Source: Octopus sinensis (lineage: Eukaryota). From it: 53,687 bases of DNA. The stretch spans positions 1 through 53,687 of the forward strand of contig NW_021833703.1 of NCBI RefSeq assembly GCF_006345805.1. The letters run 5' to 3'. A program made the position numbers and the translations under genes. Shown piece after piece: positions 1-13,059 of the stretch. Below the pieces are notes generated by a model. The model had not been told where the DNA came from. It did not search any database and saw nothing but the letters and a program-made list of their open reading frames with translations. The stretch's first letter is position 1, and each line of letters opens with the position of its first letter.

Positions 1-245
1 TGAACTCAAAACGCAAAGACAGACGAAATACCACTAAATATTTTGTCCGGCGTGCTAGTAATTCTGCCAGCTCGCAGACTTATGTGAGATACGATGATAT
101 TGGTTTCACATTATGGCTCAAGGCCAGAAATTTCAGGGCAGGGGTAAGTTGATTACATCGACCCCAGTTCTTGATTGATACTTATTTTATCTACCCCGAG
201 AGGATAAAAGGCAAAGTCAATCTCGGCGGAGTTTGAACTAAGAAT
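1..245 (-). mobile_element. Two partial copies of tRNA-derived SINE family A (first truncated by window edge)
   Basis: Reverse complement of the family A head GAGCTGGCAGAAT...GAGTTCA (1-75) and of the body GACTTTGCCTTTCATCCTTTCGGGGTCGAT-like segment (98-245); same sequence recurs more than 12 times in the window. Confidence 0.85.
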
Positions 246-276
246 ATCCAACAGCGCAGCACCTTACGTAAGTGTT

Positions 277-347
277 TTCTGCTATAGACTCGGGCCGATC
301 AAAGCCTTATGATTGGATTTGGTAGGGTGAAACTGGAAGCAGCCCAT
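277..347 (+). mobile_element. SINE family B remnant
   Basis: CTATAGACTCGGGCCGATCAAAGCCTT...GATTTGGTAG...AAACTG matches the body of full copies at 25150 and 29093. Confidence 0.7.
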
Positions 348-697
348 CAGAACACTGTTCTGGGTGTTCATTCTTGTGAAATGACCGCCTGATCTAACGA
401 AGGTCGTATTCAATAACTCACCTGAAGAAACACACTTTACACCTTTGATAGATAGTAGTGATTACGTAATATGTTAATTACATCATCTCACCTATGCATT
501 ACAAGTGTTAAGATGTTTGGAAACAATTGTAGTGATATGAAATAAAGAATATCGTTCAATTCATTTTCCGCTATTCATCTCTTCATATAAACTCTACGGA
601 TGCTATGGAATTTCAGATGTATATCCAGTGACAGGAGTATTCCCATTCGGTAATCGAGCTTCGGATATCAAACGAGATTTTCACTAAAATTTTAACA

Positions 698-698
<1 letters not shown>

Positions 699-728
<30 letters not shown>

Positions 729-980
729 TGTATGTATGTATGTATGTATGTATGTATGTATGTGTGTGTGTATGTATGTATGTTTATGTGCATGTATGTA
801 TGTATGTATGTATGTATGTTTGTGTGCATGTATGTATGTATGTATGTATGTATGTATGTATGTATGTATATGTGTATGTGTGTATGTATGTATTTATGTA
901 TATGTGTAAATGTAGGAATAAGCAAATTAGACAGATTAATATATAAAGTATATGAAATACATGAAATACAAAAACATGTG

Positions 981-1040
<60 letters not shown>
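699..1040. repeat. (TATG)n, (TA)n and (TG)n compound microsatellite
   Basis: Direct reading; source of the MYVC/HTYI ORFs. Confidence 0.97.
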
Positions 1041-1052
<12 letters not shown>

Positions 1053-1302
1053 GTGTGTATAGGGGTAGAGTTTACGAAAAACAGCAAAAGACGAAGACAG
1101 GTAGTGTACAAAACAAACAGATGTATTAGTATAACGCTCAGGAATAGAAGAAGTCTTTTATGTTTTGAGCCTAAGCTCTTCAACAGAAAGGGACACAGAA
1201 AAAAACAGGGAGAGAAACAAGGAGAGAAAAAAATGTGTGTAATGTCTACCGACTTACACAGAATACAAATGATATAGAGAATTAAAGGGGGTGAAGGAAA
1301 AG
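1041..1302 (-). mobile_element. Penelope-like (PLE) terminal-repeat-like fragment, copy 1, with degenerate hammerhead motif
   Basis: Homologous over about 170 bp to 28838-29022 in opposite orientation; contains CTTT-CTGTTGA-A-GAGC-TTAG-GCTC-AAAAC-ATA-AAAG on the minus strand (1155-1190). PLE assignment is inferred from the hammerhead layout. Confidence 0.55.
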
Positions 1303-1630
1303 TATTACAAATCGAACAGCTCCGTCTTTAGGGAAGAAATCTTAATAATGTAAGGTGGTTGATTCCATCATAGGATGAAACGAACCTCGAGCCCCCAGAA
1401 ACAGCTATTGGTTTTTTATAATACCTTTCCTCCACCCCTTTCATTCTCTATGTCATTTGTATTCTGTGCAAGTCGGACCCTTTTATACGTATGTGCATAT
1501 ACATTTTTTTTTGTATTTCATGCGTTTAATATAACTTAATAATTTGTTTATCCATACATTTACTTCTATACCCGCTCAAGTTTAAATCCCTTGAGCACAA
1601 GTGTATTCTATACGGAGAATATCTGGATTT
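1303..1630 (+). mobile_element. Related PLE-like fragment in inverted orientation
   Basis: 1424-1476 is an inverted copy of 1249-1300 (CTTTCCTYCACCCC..ATTCTCTATRTCATTTGTATTCTGTGYAAGTCGG). Confidence 0.45.
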
Positions 1631-1637
1631 CAAGTAT

Positions 1638-1686
<49 letters not shown>

Positions 1687-1799
1687 GCATCTACCGCCGC
1701 TTGACAGCCGGTACTGGTTTGTTTGCAGGCTCGTTACTTTACAGTTCGGCATTGTTTGGTAAAAGATCCAGTTTCTGCGCCGGCAGCAACAGCACAATA

Positions 1800-3270
1800 T
1801 GAGTGTAAAGAACAAGGGTACTCGCGAGCATGACAAAGATTGAGGACAATAGCTTTGGATGGGGTGTGAAGTGAGGTAGGAGTCCTTAGTCCAGAGAAAA
1901 AGATACGGTTGAACAGGGGAGAGTTCGTAAAATGGTTGAAGTAGTGAATGTATTTGAAAGAATAAAAGGAAACATCGAGTCGTGAAACTGGATGTTGCTG
2001 CTAATTTTCAAGTGAGTAAAAGGCAGCCAACTGGCAGAACCGTTGACGTGCCGGGAAAAATATTTAGTGGCGTTTCGTCCGTCTTTTCGTTCCGAGTTCA
2101 AATTCTGCTGAGGTCGACTTTGCCTTTTATCCTTTCTAAGTCGATAAAATAAGTACCAGTTGAGCACTGGGGTTCGATGTAATCAACTTAACCTATTTCC
2201 CGAAATTGCTGGCCTTGTGCCAAAATTTGAAACCAATATTCAAATGAGAAAAGGGCGGTGAGCTAGCAGAATCGTTAGCACACCGGGCAAAATACTTGGG
2301 CGACATTTCATCCGTCTTTACATCCTGAATTCAAATTCCGCAGTGATTGACTTTGCCTTTCATCCTTTGGGGTCGATAAAATAAGTAATCAACTTATCCC
2401 CCAACACACAGCCGAAATTACTGGCCTTGCGCCAAAATTTAGAACCAATATTCAAATGAGAAAGGTCTATGGCGAGAAGAGTGAAATATACATATGCACC
2501 AATATATTTCGAACGGAAATTTGAGTAAAGACTGCAGCTGGACAGAAAAAATGGACTATAAGTTGTGAATTTTGAGGCTTAGAGACGAATGGTATTTATG
2601 GTTTGTAGAGTGATGCGTGTTGTTTAGGTTATGTGAGTGGCCACGATTGTTAAAAAAAAAGCAGGGAGAATTGACCAGTGAATTTAGTTCCAGGTATCTA
2701 AGGAAGTATAGAGAGTTTTGTACATAATAAGGTCACTCTAGTTCCCTATTTGAAGCCTGGCCTAAATGCTTGCAACAAAGCAAAGTCCACCGGACTGGTA
2801 GGAAGTGTTAACCAGAGTGGCGTGATGTGTTTACCCCGCACTACAAAAATTGGGAACGGTCTACGGCTCACGAAAAACTACGAGCAGTGTATCCAGGAAT
2901 ACATTAGTCAATGAGTCCAACTGTTTTCAAACAAAACTGAGCTAGGATTTCAAGAAGATATAGTGACTATCTCTAGAAACGCACTCGTTGCCTCCTAAGA
3001 ATAACAATGACAGGCGTACAAATATAGAATGGACATTGGAAAAAGTGTGACATGTCCGGACTAGATAAAGGAGAGTGTGTGACACATATTGAGTATTGAA
3101 GCGGACCTTGGAGAGATCGTAACATACAAACAAGCGATTGGAGAGAACGTGAGATCTAAACTGGACAATAGTTAAGATGTCGGATTGTGCAGTATAATTT
3201 GCAGTTGAGAGAGATACGGTACAAGTGTCAATGATCTTTTGGTCGGATCCCTGTCGTTCAACCATCTCTC
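1800..3270 (-). pseudogene. Decayed CR1/L2-like LINE (RT domain plus C-terminal region), interrupted by two SINEs
   Basis: ORF 2942-3265 (DILTIVQF..CYDLSKVRFNTQYVSHTLLY) resembles the RT motif DL/ISKAFDxVxHxxLL; downstream frames give TLYK..IR- and SFFxxT-like remnants; heavily frameshifted. Confidence 0.5.
2022..2458 (+). mobile_element. Two adjacent SINE family A copies (2022-2242, 2255-2458)
   Basis: A-box-like CTGGCAGAA, B-box GAGTTCAAATTC, body GACTTTGCCTTTYATCCTTT..GTCGATAAAATAAGTA, tail GCTGGCCTTGTGCCAAAATTTGAAACCAATA. Confidence 0.92.
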
Positions 3271-3914
3271 TCTGCTAGTGGATTGTCAGGGCTGGCCCGG
3301 GGCTATAAAGTCTACCATAAGACTGCTTGAAGATACACAACATGTGTGTATCATGAAGATACACAACAGCAAACAACAGACACATACTCACTCACACACA
3401 CATACACCTACACATGCATATATGCAAGTATTCACACCTTCATATACTAACATATACAAATAAACAAATGCATATAAACATATACACATACAAACAATCG
3501 CACATGCACACACATACTCACACAAGCACACAGAGAATAAAGAGGAATAGTGATGTTTTAAAGAAAGAATTTAGAAGAAACGGAACTACGAGTGTGTGTG
3601 TGTGTGTGTGTTTATGCATGTATGTTATTGTGTGTCTGTATGTGTCTGTGTGTATGTGTGGGTGTGCATGTGTCTGTGTGCACGCGCGCGAAGTTTAAGA
3701 CATTATGTACGTGTGTGCATAGGTGTATATGCGTGTGTGAGTAGGGTTTGAAAGTTAAAGTGAGATAATGCGTGTGTATGTGTAAATATGTTAGCGTGTG
3801 ATGCGTGTGATGGTGTGTGTGTGTGTGTGTGTGGTAGCTGATATAAAAGAAAGTAACAAAGAAAGAGATAGGGAGCAAAAGAAAGAATGGAACAGATATG
3901 GTGAGAGGGGGGAA

Positions 3915-4150
3915 GGAGGAAGAAGAAGAAGAAGAAGAAGAAGAAGAAGAAGAAGAAGAAGAAGAAGAATGTAGAAGAAGAAGAAGAAGAAGAAGAAGAA
4001 GAAGAAGAAGAAGAATGTAGAAGAAGAAGAAGAAGAAGAAGAAGAAGAAGAAGAAGAAGAAGAAGAAGAAGAATGTGAAGAATGAAGAAGAAGAAGAAGA
4101 AGAAGAAGAAGAAGAAGAAGAAGAAGAAGAAGAAGAAGAAGAAGAAGAAG
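3915..4150. repeat. (GAA)n tract with periodic TGTA/TGTG interruptions
   Basis: Direct reading. Confidence 0.97.
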
Positions 4151-4489
4151 GAGCGAGAGAGAGAGAAGGCCTATTCAGTGTAAATTCTATATTATTCAAG
4201 TAATGTCTTTTGAAAAGTTTCACCACCTGTTAGGCACTCATTAACCTTCGAAAACCGCCACCACCTCCACTACCACCAGAACCACCACCACCTCCACCGC
4301 CGCCGCCGCCGCCACCCCCCCCCCACAACGCAGTAAAAGCGTGTTGGGTACTCAGTGATCTGTCTGAGCATTGAAAAACCACACAAATACACCGCCACGT
4401 GTCAGGCCCTCGCTGACCTCTCTGAGTACTAAACATTAACCACAGCCACCGCCAACTTACAGTTTCACTCGGTGCAAGGGAATCTGTTT

Positions 4490-5447
4490 CTCTCTATAAA
4501 TATATATATACATGCATATATATATATATATCAATGTATCTGTGCACACATATACACACACACACACACATATATATATATCTTTTGCTTCTTTCAGTCA
4601 TACATATATATAATTTGTATGTATATATGTGTCTATATATGTATATGTACATACATATACAAATAAATAAAAATATAATTATATTTTTTTTTTCTTTATA
4701 TATATATAATATATATGTATTTGTGTATGTATGTATGTATGTATGTATGTATGTATATATATATATACATATATATACATATATATATATATATATACAT
4801 ATATATAGATATATATACAAATATATATACGTATATATCCATACACACACTGACCAACGTAGTATTAGTATTAGTAGTAGTAGCAGTTGTAGTAGTAGTA
4901 GTAGTTAGATATTCATATAGTCATCGTTAATCAACTGTGTGTGTATATGTATATGTGTGTATACGTATATGTGTGTATGTGTATGTGTATGTGTATACGT
5001 GCGTTCGTAAATCTCTATGTGCTTATAAGTGCGTATTGGTGTGTGTAAGTGCGTATATGTATTTGTGTATGTGTTTGTGTACACGTACACGTACGCGTGC
5101 GTGTATGTGTGTGCATCTGCAAGTAGGTGTATGAGCAGGTATCAGGTTGGCAGCAAACAGACCGGATTTTTCTCTTAATCTTTCTATAAAATGCAGTACG
5201 GATATTACACAATACATTCACGTGCATCATGCACTTGTGCACGCCGTCTCTGTATTGCACCTAGTTACTTGCATTGCATTTCGCTCTCTCTCTTTCTTCC
5301 CCCCTCTCTCTCTCTCTTTCTCCTCTCTCTATATACTCTTCTTTCTATCTTTCTCCTCTTTCTTTCTCTTCTATCCGCCTCCATAGATTTTGGAAGATTA
5401 ATGTAAAAGCACACAGCTACACACAGACATACACATACATACATACA

Positions 5448-5480
<33 letters not shown>

Positions 5481-5544
5481 TACATACATACATATATACA
5501 TACATACATATATACATATATACATACATACATACATACATACA

Positions 5545-5578
<34 letters not shown>

Positions 5579-5888
5579 CATACATACATATATTACATAC
5601 ATACATATATACATATATACATACATACACACATACATACATACATACATATATTACATACATACACATACATACATACATACATATATACATATACATA
5701 TATATATATACGTACACATACCCATACACAACCATGAACACATACACACACACATATGCACTCAAGTGCATTTAGGTGCAGTAAGATATGCACTTATGCA
5801 TACCAACATATATATATACACACACACAATGCATAACGTACATAGATACGAAAATGTACATATCTTTAAATGTATATATGTGTGTTTG

Positions 5889-5941
<53 letters not shown>

Positions 5942-6217
5942 AGTGTGTGTGTACGGAGGTACTCGCGCGTACAAATCTGCAAATGCACATCCACCCACAC
6001 TTTACTGCACACGGGTGGAAAGATACAAAAGAGATTCAACAAAAGCTATCAATACACTGCGCATTATAGATAACTAATATATGCATTACCCTTGCACCCG
6101 AATGCACTCCTTAGTACACGCACGCACACACACACACACATATACACACACACATACACCTCAGAGATAAACCACAACCCACACACTCATGAACTTACAC
6201 ACACATACGTGTGTGTG

Positions 6218-6254
<37 letters not shown>

Positions 6255-6519
6255 ACGTATTTACTTATGTAAATATAATTTAAATATATATATCATGTAT
6301 GCATGTATGCATGTATGTATGTATATATATCTATATCTTTATCTATATGTATATCTATATCTATCTACTATCTATCTATCTATCTCATCTATCTATCTAT
6401 CTCTCTCCTCTTCTTTCTCTCTATCTCTCTATCTCTCTCTCTATATATATATATATTATATATATATATATGTTATATATATACATACATACATACATAT
6501 ATATATTATATATATATAT

Positions 6520-6581
<62 letters not shown>

Positions 6582-7800
6582 TAATATATATATATATATA
6601 TGTATGTAGTGTATATATATACATATATATATCATAGCACCAGAAGACACTCTTTCACCCCTATCTGTCTCCGTTTCTCTCTGATTGTCTCTCACTCCCT
6701 TTTCCGTCTCATTCCTTCTCTGTCTCTCCATCTCTTCTTGTACGTGTGTACGTGTGTGTGTGGGGGAGGGGGGGAGTCTTTACGCGCGCCTGTGTGTGTG
6801 TGTATGTGTGCGTATATGTATAGGCTTGTAGTGTAACACGCGTGCGCGCGAAAGTGTCAGTGTACGCGCGTATGCGCCTATCTGTAGATATCTGCTGCGC
6901 GTGTGCATGCATTATAGGTGCGTACTACGCCTGGAGTATAATATTAGTCAATGAGTTTATAATTATGAGCGCACGCGTGCAGTAGCTTCGTCTTTTTAAG
7001 TGTATGCTTCCATATACGTGAGTGCATCTGCCGTATGCGCTTCTGTCCGCTAGAGCAATGACATATTTAGATGCATGTATGTGTGCAGATGAAAGTTTTT
7101 ATTTGCATATTGCGTTATATATGTTAGTAAGACTATGTGTGCGCGTGCCCGTGCGTGTACACTCGTGCGTATATATGTGTGTGTGTTGATTCTCATTATA
7201 TGTGTGTGTATATATTCGGTTGTCAATAAAAACATTTTATGCAGCAGACAACAATATTGGACAGAGATAGACATTAAATGTGCACTCAGATACTGCACAT
7301 ACTGCACTACAGTCAGGTCAGATCGATACAATCTACAATGCATGTATTTAGGTGCACTATGTGCAGCCAATTACTATATCTTTCTATCTATATAATTACA
7401 TATACATACGTGCATATATATATATATATATGCTTACATTTTTCTCTCTTACGTAGACACATACACACGTACATATCAGTGTGCGTATAGTCTACAAGGT
7501 ACAACTACCTTGCAGTGAGATAGAATTTTATACATTTACATCGTAAACATTTTATTGTGGGTATTGAATCTTCCAATACCCAGAATATAATTGTTACTAT
7601 ATAAATGTATTGAATTTTCTTTTTCTTATAAATGTGTGCGTGCGCGCGCGTGTGTGTATGTATATGTATGTGTATCTGTTTGTGTGTGTGTGTGTGTGCG
7701 TGTGTGTGTATGTATATGTATGTGTATATGTATGTGTGTGTGTGTGCGTGTGTTACAAAGCATCGCTATGGGTGTAATGAGATCTAAGTACATTTTCTTT
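4490..7800. repeat. Region dominated by (TA)n, (CA)n, (TACA)n, (TAG)n, (CT)n microsatellites with short unique spacers
   Basis: Direct reading. Confidence 0.9.
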
Positions 7801-7834
7801 TCTATGCTATTGATGGGTAAAGAAAAGAGGAAAG

Positions 7835-8045
7835 AAGTCTCCTGATAAACCGCTCCACAGAAGATTTACTCGACATCCTTCCCCAATCAGCAGCCCAGAG
7901 TATTTATTTTCTATATAAAAGCAGTCATAAATTAGACTAGCGCCCTCACGGTTAGTCTAATTTGCATTTTAAGGCTTTGGTGCCTCGTGTCATTAATTCA
8001 ATAATTTCTATTTCAGGCATAACATAGAGTGTATGAGAAGAACTG
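7835..8045 (+). repeat. Unclassified ~210-bp interspersed repeat, copy 1
   Basis: Aligns by eye with the reverse complement of 8955-9170 (shared AGTCTCCTGATAAACC, TTCCCCAATCAGCAGCCCAG, GCAGTCATAAATTAGAC, TTAGTCTAAT, TTTCTATTTCA). Confidence 0.8.
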
Positions 8046-8099
8046 GAAAAAAATATTGTATGTTACAAAGCCTCAATGAGTAAAAATAAAAATGATATT

Positions 8100-9965
8100 G
8101 TTGTGAAGCAAAAAGAAAGGCAGCGCCCGACAGACCGTTTCATGGTTTATTGGTCGTTCAGCTGGGAAGAGATACCTGAATGTCACTTGATACAAGGACA
8201 GAACTTCTACAGCCCAAACAACCCAACTTCACTATAAAGAACCATAATAACAATCCCCCATAGCAACTCTGATATCAACCTTAATAAACGGATTTCGGTC
8301 GTATTAGCAAAGAAGCTCTATCATGCATTATCCCACATATTAAGGCCCTTACCCATTACCATTGTGGACCGATTCATAAGATTTTATAACCTAGTTTAAT
8401 ACCCACTGAGGTGAACAAAATCTCAGATATTTTCAATTCGACATTCGGGACTATGCTCCAATTTTTGCTATAAATGGTCATTAACTGCAATAGACTTCCA
8501 ACCATCATCACCGACGTTGGCCGATATAATTCTCCAGACACGAACAACTACGCCAGCCTGCGATGATTCCATATGAGTGAAAGTCTCCTTCAACTTTCTT
8601 CGACGTTAGCACGAGAGCTCCAAACTCTGCCACACCTCATTGAATTATTTTCTGAGCTACCAACTAAAAACTAGATATCTGTACATCAACGGAGGACTTT
8701 ACAGCTACATCAGTACTATCATTTACGAATCTCAATCCACAGACCGAATAACGAAAGATCTATCCACTTCCTTGAAGGACATCAGATTAGCAGTAACTAC
8801 AGAAATGAAATTAACAGTGACTAACATTTTTGACATGACTTTCAATTTTCTACCCTTAAATATAAACCCTACCGCAAATTCAGCGAATCCCTTCAGTACA
8901 CCCACGTACTTAATTCTCCCATAAAGAGGTTTTGTAATATTGAAATTTATTTTCCTTCTCATGTATGCTGTGTAATGCATGAAATAGAAACTATTAAATA
9001 ATTAACGAGGCGTCAAAGCACAGTGATGCACATTAGACTAATCACAAAGACGGTTGTCTAATTTATGACTGCGCTTACATAGAAGATAAATACCCTGGGC
9101 TGCTGATTGGGGAACGATCTCGAATAAGACTTCTTTGAGGAGTGGTTTATCAGGAGACTCCTCCTCTCATTTTTTTTTTCTTCTAGGATTATAACTAATA
9201 ATGTGGTTAGGAACATTTGCTTTGAATTTTCTAAGCTATCAATTACCGAAGACATGTTTAAAAGGTAAACTAGTTTCAATACTCAGTAATCTCTATTAGA
9301 ACCAATAACAATTGTATGTAAACGCGGGCGTAGCATTTCATTGTTCAACCCTACTTCACTCTTGCTGTGGCAAGGCTCATAACCAGAATATTCTTTAGAT
9401 TATTAAAAGACACATTATATTTGACATAGAAGCTATAAAATTTTCAACAAAAGCAGTCAAGCTCTTGTATCCCATTACAACTAACATCACCTAGGCAATT
9501 GCAGCTTATAATCTTAGAGATATCTAGGTTCACCTAAATAATACCAACCTTAATAACCCCAACCTTAATTGCACTTATCCGATACGCTGCTCTCTGAATT
9601 ATAAATGCTTATATAAATATACCGTGTACCAATAAAATGTAATCGCAAATTACACTCCAAATATTAAATATGCTTTACTGAGAATCTGCTTAAGTGACGT
9701 CCCTAACAACATAACCACACTTTCCGTAACTGCAAGACGTAACGCTACTTCAATGACGAAATAAGCCAGAAGCTTAAGAAGGCGAAATATTTCTATAAAT
9801 TAAATTCGAAAACAATAACTTAGCCTAAGCACCAATCCTGTAATTTATGCATCATCCAGGCTCACCTAATGCTCTTTTCTAAGAGTCAGTTCTTGCTCAC
9901 ACAAGAACTTCGACGCCTATCGATACTTCCACAGTTGAAATTCTGGTTCCCTCCGCGGTGGTTAG
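8100..9965 (+). pseudogene. Decayed CR1-like LINE, interrupted by the 8955-9170 repeat
   Basis: ORF 8640-8924 (FLSYQLKTRYLYING, DLSTSLKDI) resembles RT-region FLSNRxQRVVING and DLxxI; about 9730-9780 gives RRN..RYFNDEISQKL, resembling the CR1 C-terminal RRxVASLxLFYRYFxGxCSxEL. Confidence 0.45.
8955..9170 (-). repeat. Unclassified ~210-bp interspersed repeat, copy 2 (inverted)
   Basis: See copy 1. Confidence 0.8.
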
Positions 9966-10329
9966 TGCTAAACATTCTGCTCCGACCGTTATTCGTCTCC
10001 ATCACCACCCTCAGATACACATGATGAAATACACATGCTCACACACACACAACACCCCACACATACAACCCCTCCCCCCCCACACACATATGGGGCGAGA
10101 TGAGTTACGAAGAAGATGTATGTGATGTTTATGTATATGTTTGCATCTGCATATGTGTGTGAGCGTGTTTGTATGTGAGGAAATATGGGATGTCTATAAC
10201 TCTTGTCAGAACTGCAAAGGTGAAGTGCTCCCATAGAACTGATAAGCCTTGCAACTAACTGTAATCATTTAGTACTTTCTCCACATTATACCTTCACCTT
10301 TTCATCTTTCATCTCATTTCCATTTTAAA

Positions 10330-12340
10330 ATTTATAAGAATAAGGCATCATATGTTTTTTAGTCTCACAAAACAGTTCATTTTGCTCCATATTTTTTGTG
10401 CATAATTGTTGATCGTCGCCGCAGTCAGTTTACCAAAAATTCAAGATACTTTGAAAGAAGCCGTCAAGTGCACCGAGTGGTAGTAGTGTGAAAAGGAACC
10501 GTAAAAGGATTACGCTGGGTATTAAACTTTATGTTTTAAAAAGGCTTCATGCAAGAGAAAACTATCAACCATATTGCCAAAACATTAAAGCTTGCAACGT
10601 CTGCAGTGGGAACAATAAATGACAATAGAGAGAAAATTAAATCAAGTGCTCAAAGATTTACTCCGTTTATGACTCAAATCTTATTTTGTCGGAGATCTAA
10701 TGTAATGTGTTGCTTAAAATTAGACGGTTCTTAGGTGTACGAATCGAGTTTGAAACAGCCAAAAGTTTGAGCGATAACTGGCAGAAAAAGTAAGCTGTAA
10801 CTTACAATGAAAAACCTACAGTGGCTAATAAAAACTATTTTAAAAGGTTTTAGAAGAGCCTGAGTTTGCACAACATAAAAATGAATGGTGAGGCTGTCAG
10901 CGCTGACATCAAGTCTGCTATTAATTATCTTGAACAGCTGGAAAAAAAAAATGTCGGTTGAAAGAGGTCACACAGCAGAGCAAGTATACAATGTTGATGG
11001 AACTGCACTTTTCTACAAGTTCATACTTGCTAGAACTTTTATATGCCGAAAAGAAAACTCAACCCCGTAATATAAAGCTTCCTAAAATGGTCTGATGCTT
11101 CTTCTGTGTGGAAATGCCACCGCTGATATAAAGCTAAAAATCCTATTTATGTAATGGTGTTCAAGGGTTACGCAAAGTTTATGTTGCCTCTGATTTAGAG
11201 TTCAATAACGAAGGCATGAATGATCGTTTTCGAAGAGTGATCTACATTTTCTTTTTTTTTTTTTTTGTCATATTGTAGAACAGTACAATGCCAGGCATAA
11301 TGTTTTTTTCTTCTTTTTCCCCCCTCTTTTTCAGCTATATGTCAAAAGCCTGAAATTTGCGGGGAGGAGACTAATCGGTTACATCGACCCCAGAACTTAA
11401 CTGGTACTTATTTCATCGACTTCAAAAGGATGAAAGGCAAAGTCGACCAAGGCAGAATTTGAATTCAGAACGTAAAGACAGACGAAATGCCGATAAGCAT
11501 TTTACTCGGCGTGCTAACGATTCTGCAAGCTCGCCGCCAGGTATAATATTTCCAACAAAGCATCGCACCTTTCTGACGATATACCGAACCACCCAGTGAA
11601 CTGAAATGAACTTTGTGATAATGTAAGAGCTGAAGATATCCTCAAGTCAATGGATTAAGGTGTGATAGATAACTTCAAGGCATATTATCGCCGAAGAATT
11701 TTCAAAGAATTCATGAGAATAATTGACTGGGAAGATAAGCCTACGGTTAGAGACTACTGAAAGAATTTCAGCATAATTGATGCCGTGGATAACATAGCAG
11801 GGTCACGAGATGGAGTGACACTCTAAATTATGACTGGTGCTTGAGAAAAAAAAAAGATGGTCAGACTGTATCCCGAGACTTTACAAGTTTCCTACGAGCA
11901 ACAAGTCTAGATCAGATTCGGAAAGATATTGTGACACTTGTAAATGACGTAGGATTTGGAGAAGTCATAGAGGAATGTGGTTCAGTTTCAAGTGTTCCAT
12001 GAAAGGGTTTTAAATTTATCTAACGAAGAGCTGACGCTGTTGAAAGAAGACCAAACTGAGAATACAGGATGAGAATACGGGAATTCTACCAATGCAAGAA
12101 TATTGCTAAAGGGTTGGCGGTTTCAGAGGAAGGCTTGCCAGTTTCTGCTGATAACAATCCTATTCGTGAACGTAACATTAAAGTTACACGGGGAATTTTA
12201 AAATGAGCCCAGCTTTCACAATGAGCTATACAAAGAATTAATACGCCATAAACATCAGAAAAGTATTTTTTACCCCTCAAGTAGATGTTGATGATGAAAT
12301 ATAAGATAAAAGGGAGTGTCCTCATCCTCCCGTTAACCCG
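10330..12340 (+). pseudogene. Near full-length Tigger/pogo-family transposase fossil
   Basis: KRNRKRITLGIKLYVLKRL / TINHIAKTLKLATSAVGTINDNREKIKSSA (psq-type HTH); LHNIKMNGEAVSAD; YNVDGTALFYK (first D of the DDE triad, NxDETxLFWK); LLLCGNATADIKLK; MD*GVIDNFKAYYRRRIF (QPMDQGVI motif); many stops and frameshifts. Confidence 0.88.
11302..11535 (-). mobile_element. SINE family A inserted into the Tigger fossil with a 12-bp TSD
   Basis: Flanked by GCCAGGCATAAT (11290-11301) and GCCAGGTATAAT (11536-11547); family A sequence in reverse. Confidence 0.9.
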
Positions 12341-13059
12341 CATTTCACCTCCTCTCCTCACACAGGAGTCAACATCCTTTGTGATAATGCCGTACCCTAT
12401 TACAACCTTGCGATTCTTATTTATTTATTTTTCTAATGTATTTCTCAAGTGGTTATATATTGTAATACGTATGTTTAGAAATGGTTATTTTCATGCATAA
12501 ATATGGTCGTGTAGGTGTGTTTTTTTCCCTCGAAAAAAATCTGTATGCGTGCGTGTGTGTGTATGTATGTGTGTGCATCTATCTATCTGCTTTCTGTCTG
12601 TCTGTTTGTTTGCCTGTCTGTCTGTCTGTATGTATGTATGTATGTATGTATGTATGCATGTATGTATGTATGTATATAATGTACGTGTGCCTCTGGCTGT
12701 GTGCGCATGTCAATGTGTACATTGACATCTACATATAAATGCAGATGTCAATGTAGAGATATAAATTTGAAATTGTATGTGTGCCATTGTTTTAAACGTA
12801 TTTCTATATGCACGTGTATATGTATATACGTGCATATACATATCTACGAATGTACGTGTATATGTATGCTTCTAAAAACTCACATGCATCTCTCTCTCTC
12901 TTTCATTTTTTCTTTGTTTCTTTGTTTCTTTCTTTCATTTCTTTATTTCTTTATTTCTTTCCCTCTCCTTGTATATGTGTGTATATGTGTTTTTAATTAT
13001 TCGAAGTTTTCCTGTAGGGAAGGTGCTTGATACAAAACTCTGTCGTTAGGATGTGGATA

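Noticed and set aside
8017-8057. Apparent exon (TTTCAG...GTATGT) encoding HNIECMRRTGKKY
   Set aside because: Falls mostly inside the ~210-bp interspersed repeat; 41 nt, not frame-preserving
9095-9135. CTGATTG-GGGA-ACGA-TCTC-GAAT as a hammerhead variant
   Set aside because: Core lacks G8-A9, the stem is broken in the other copy, and there is no stem I
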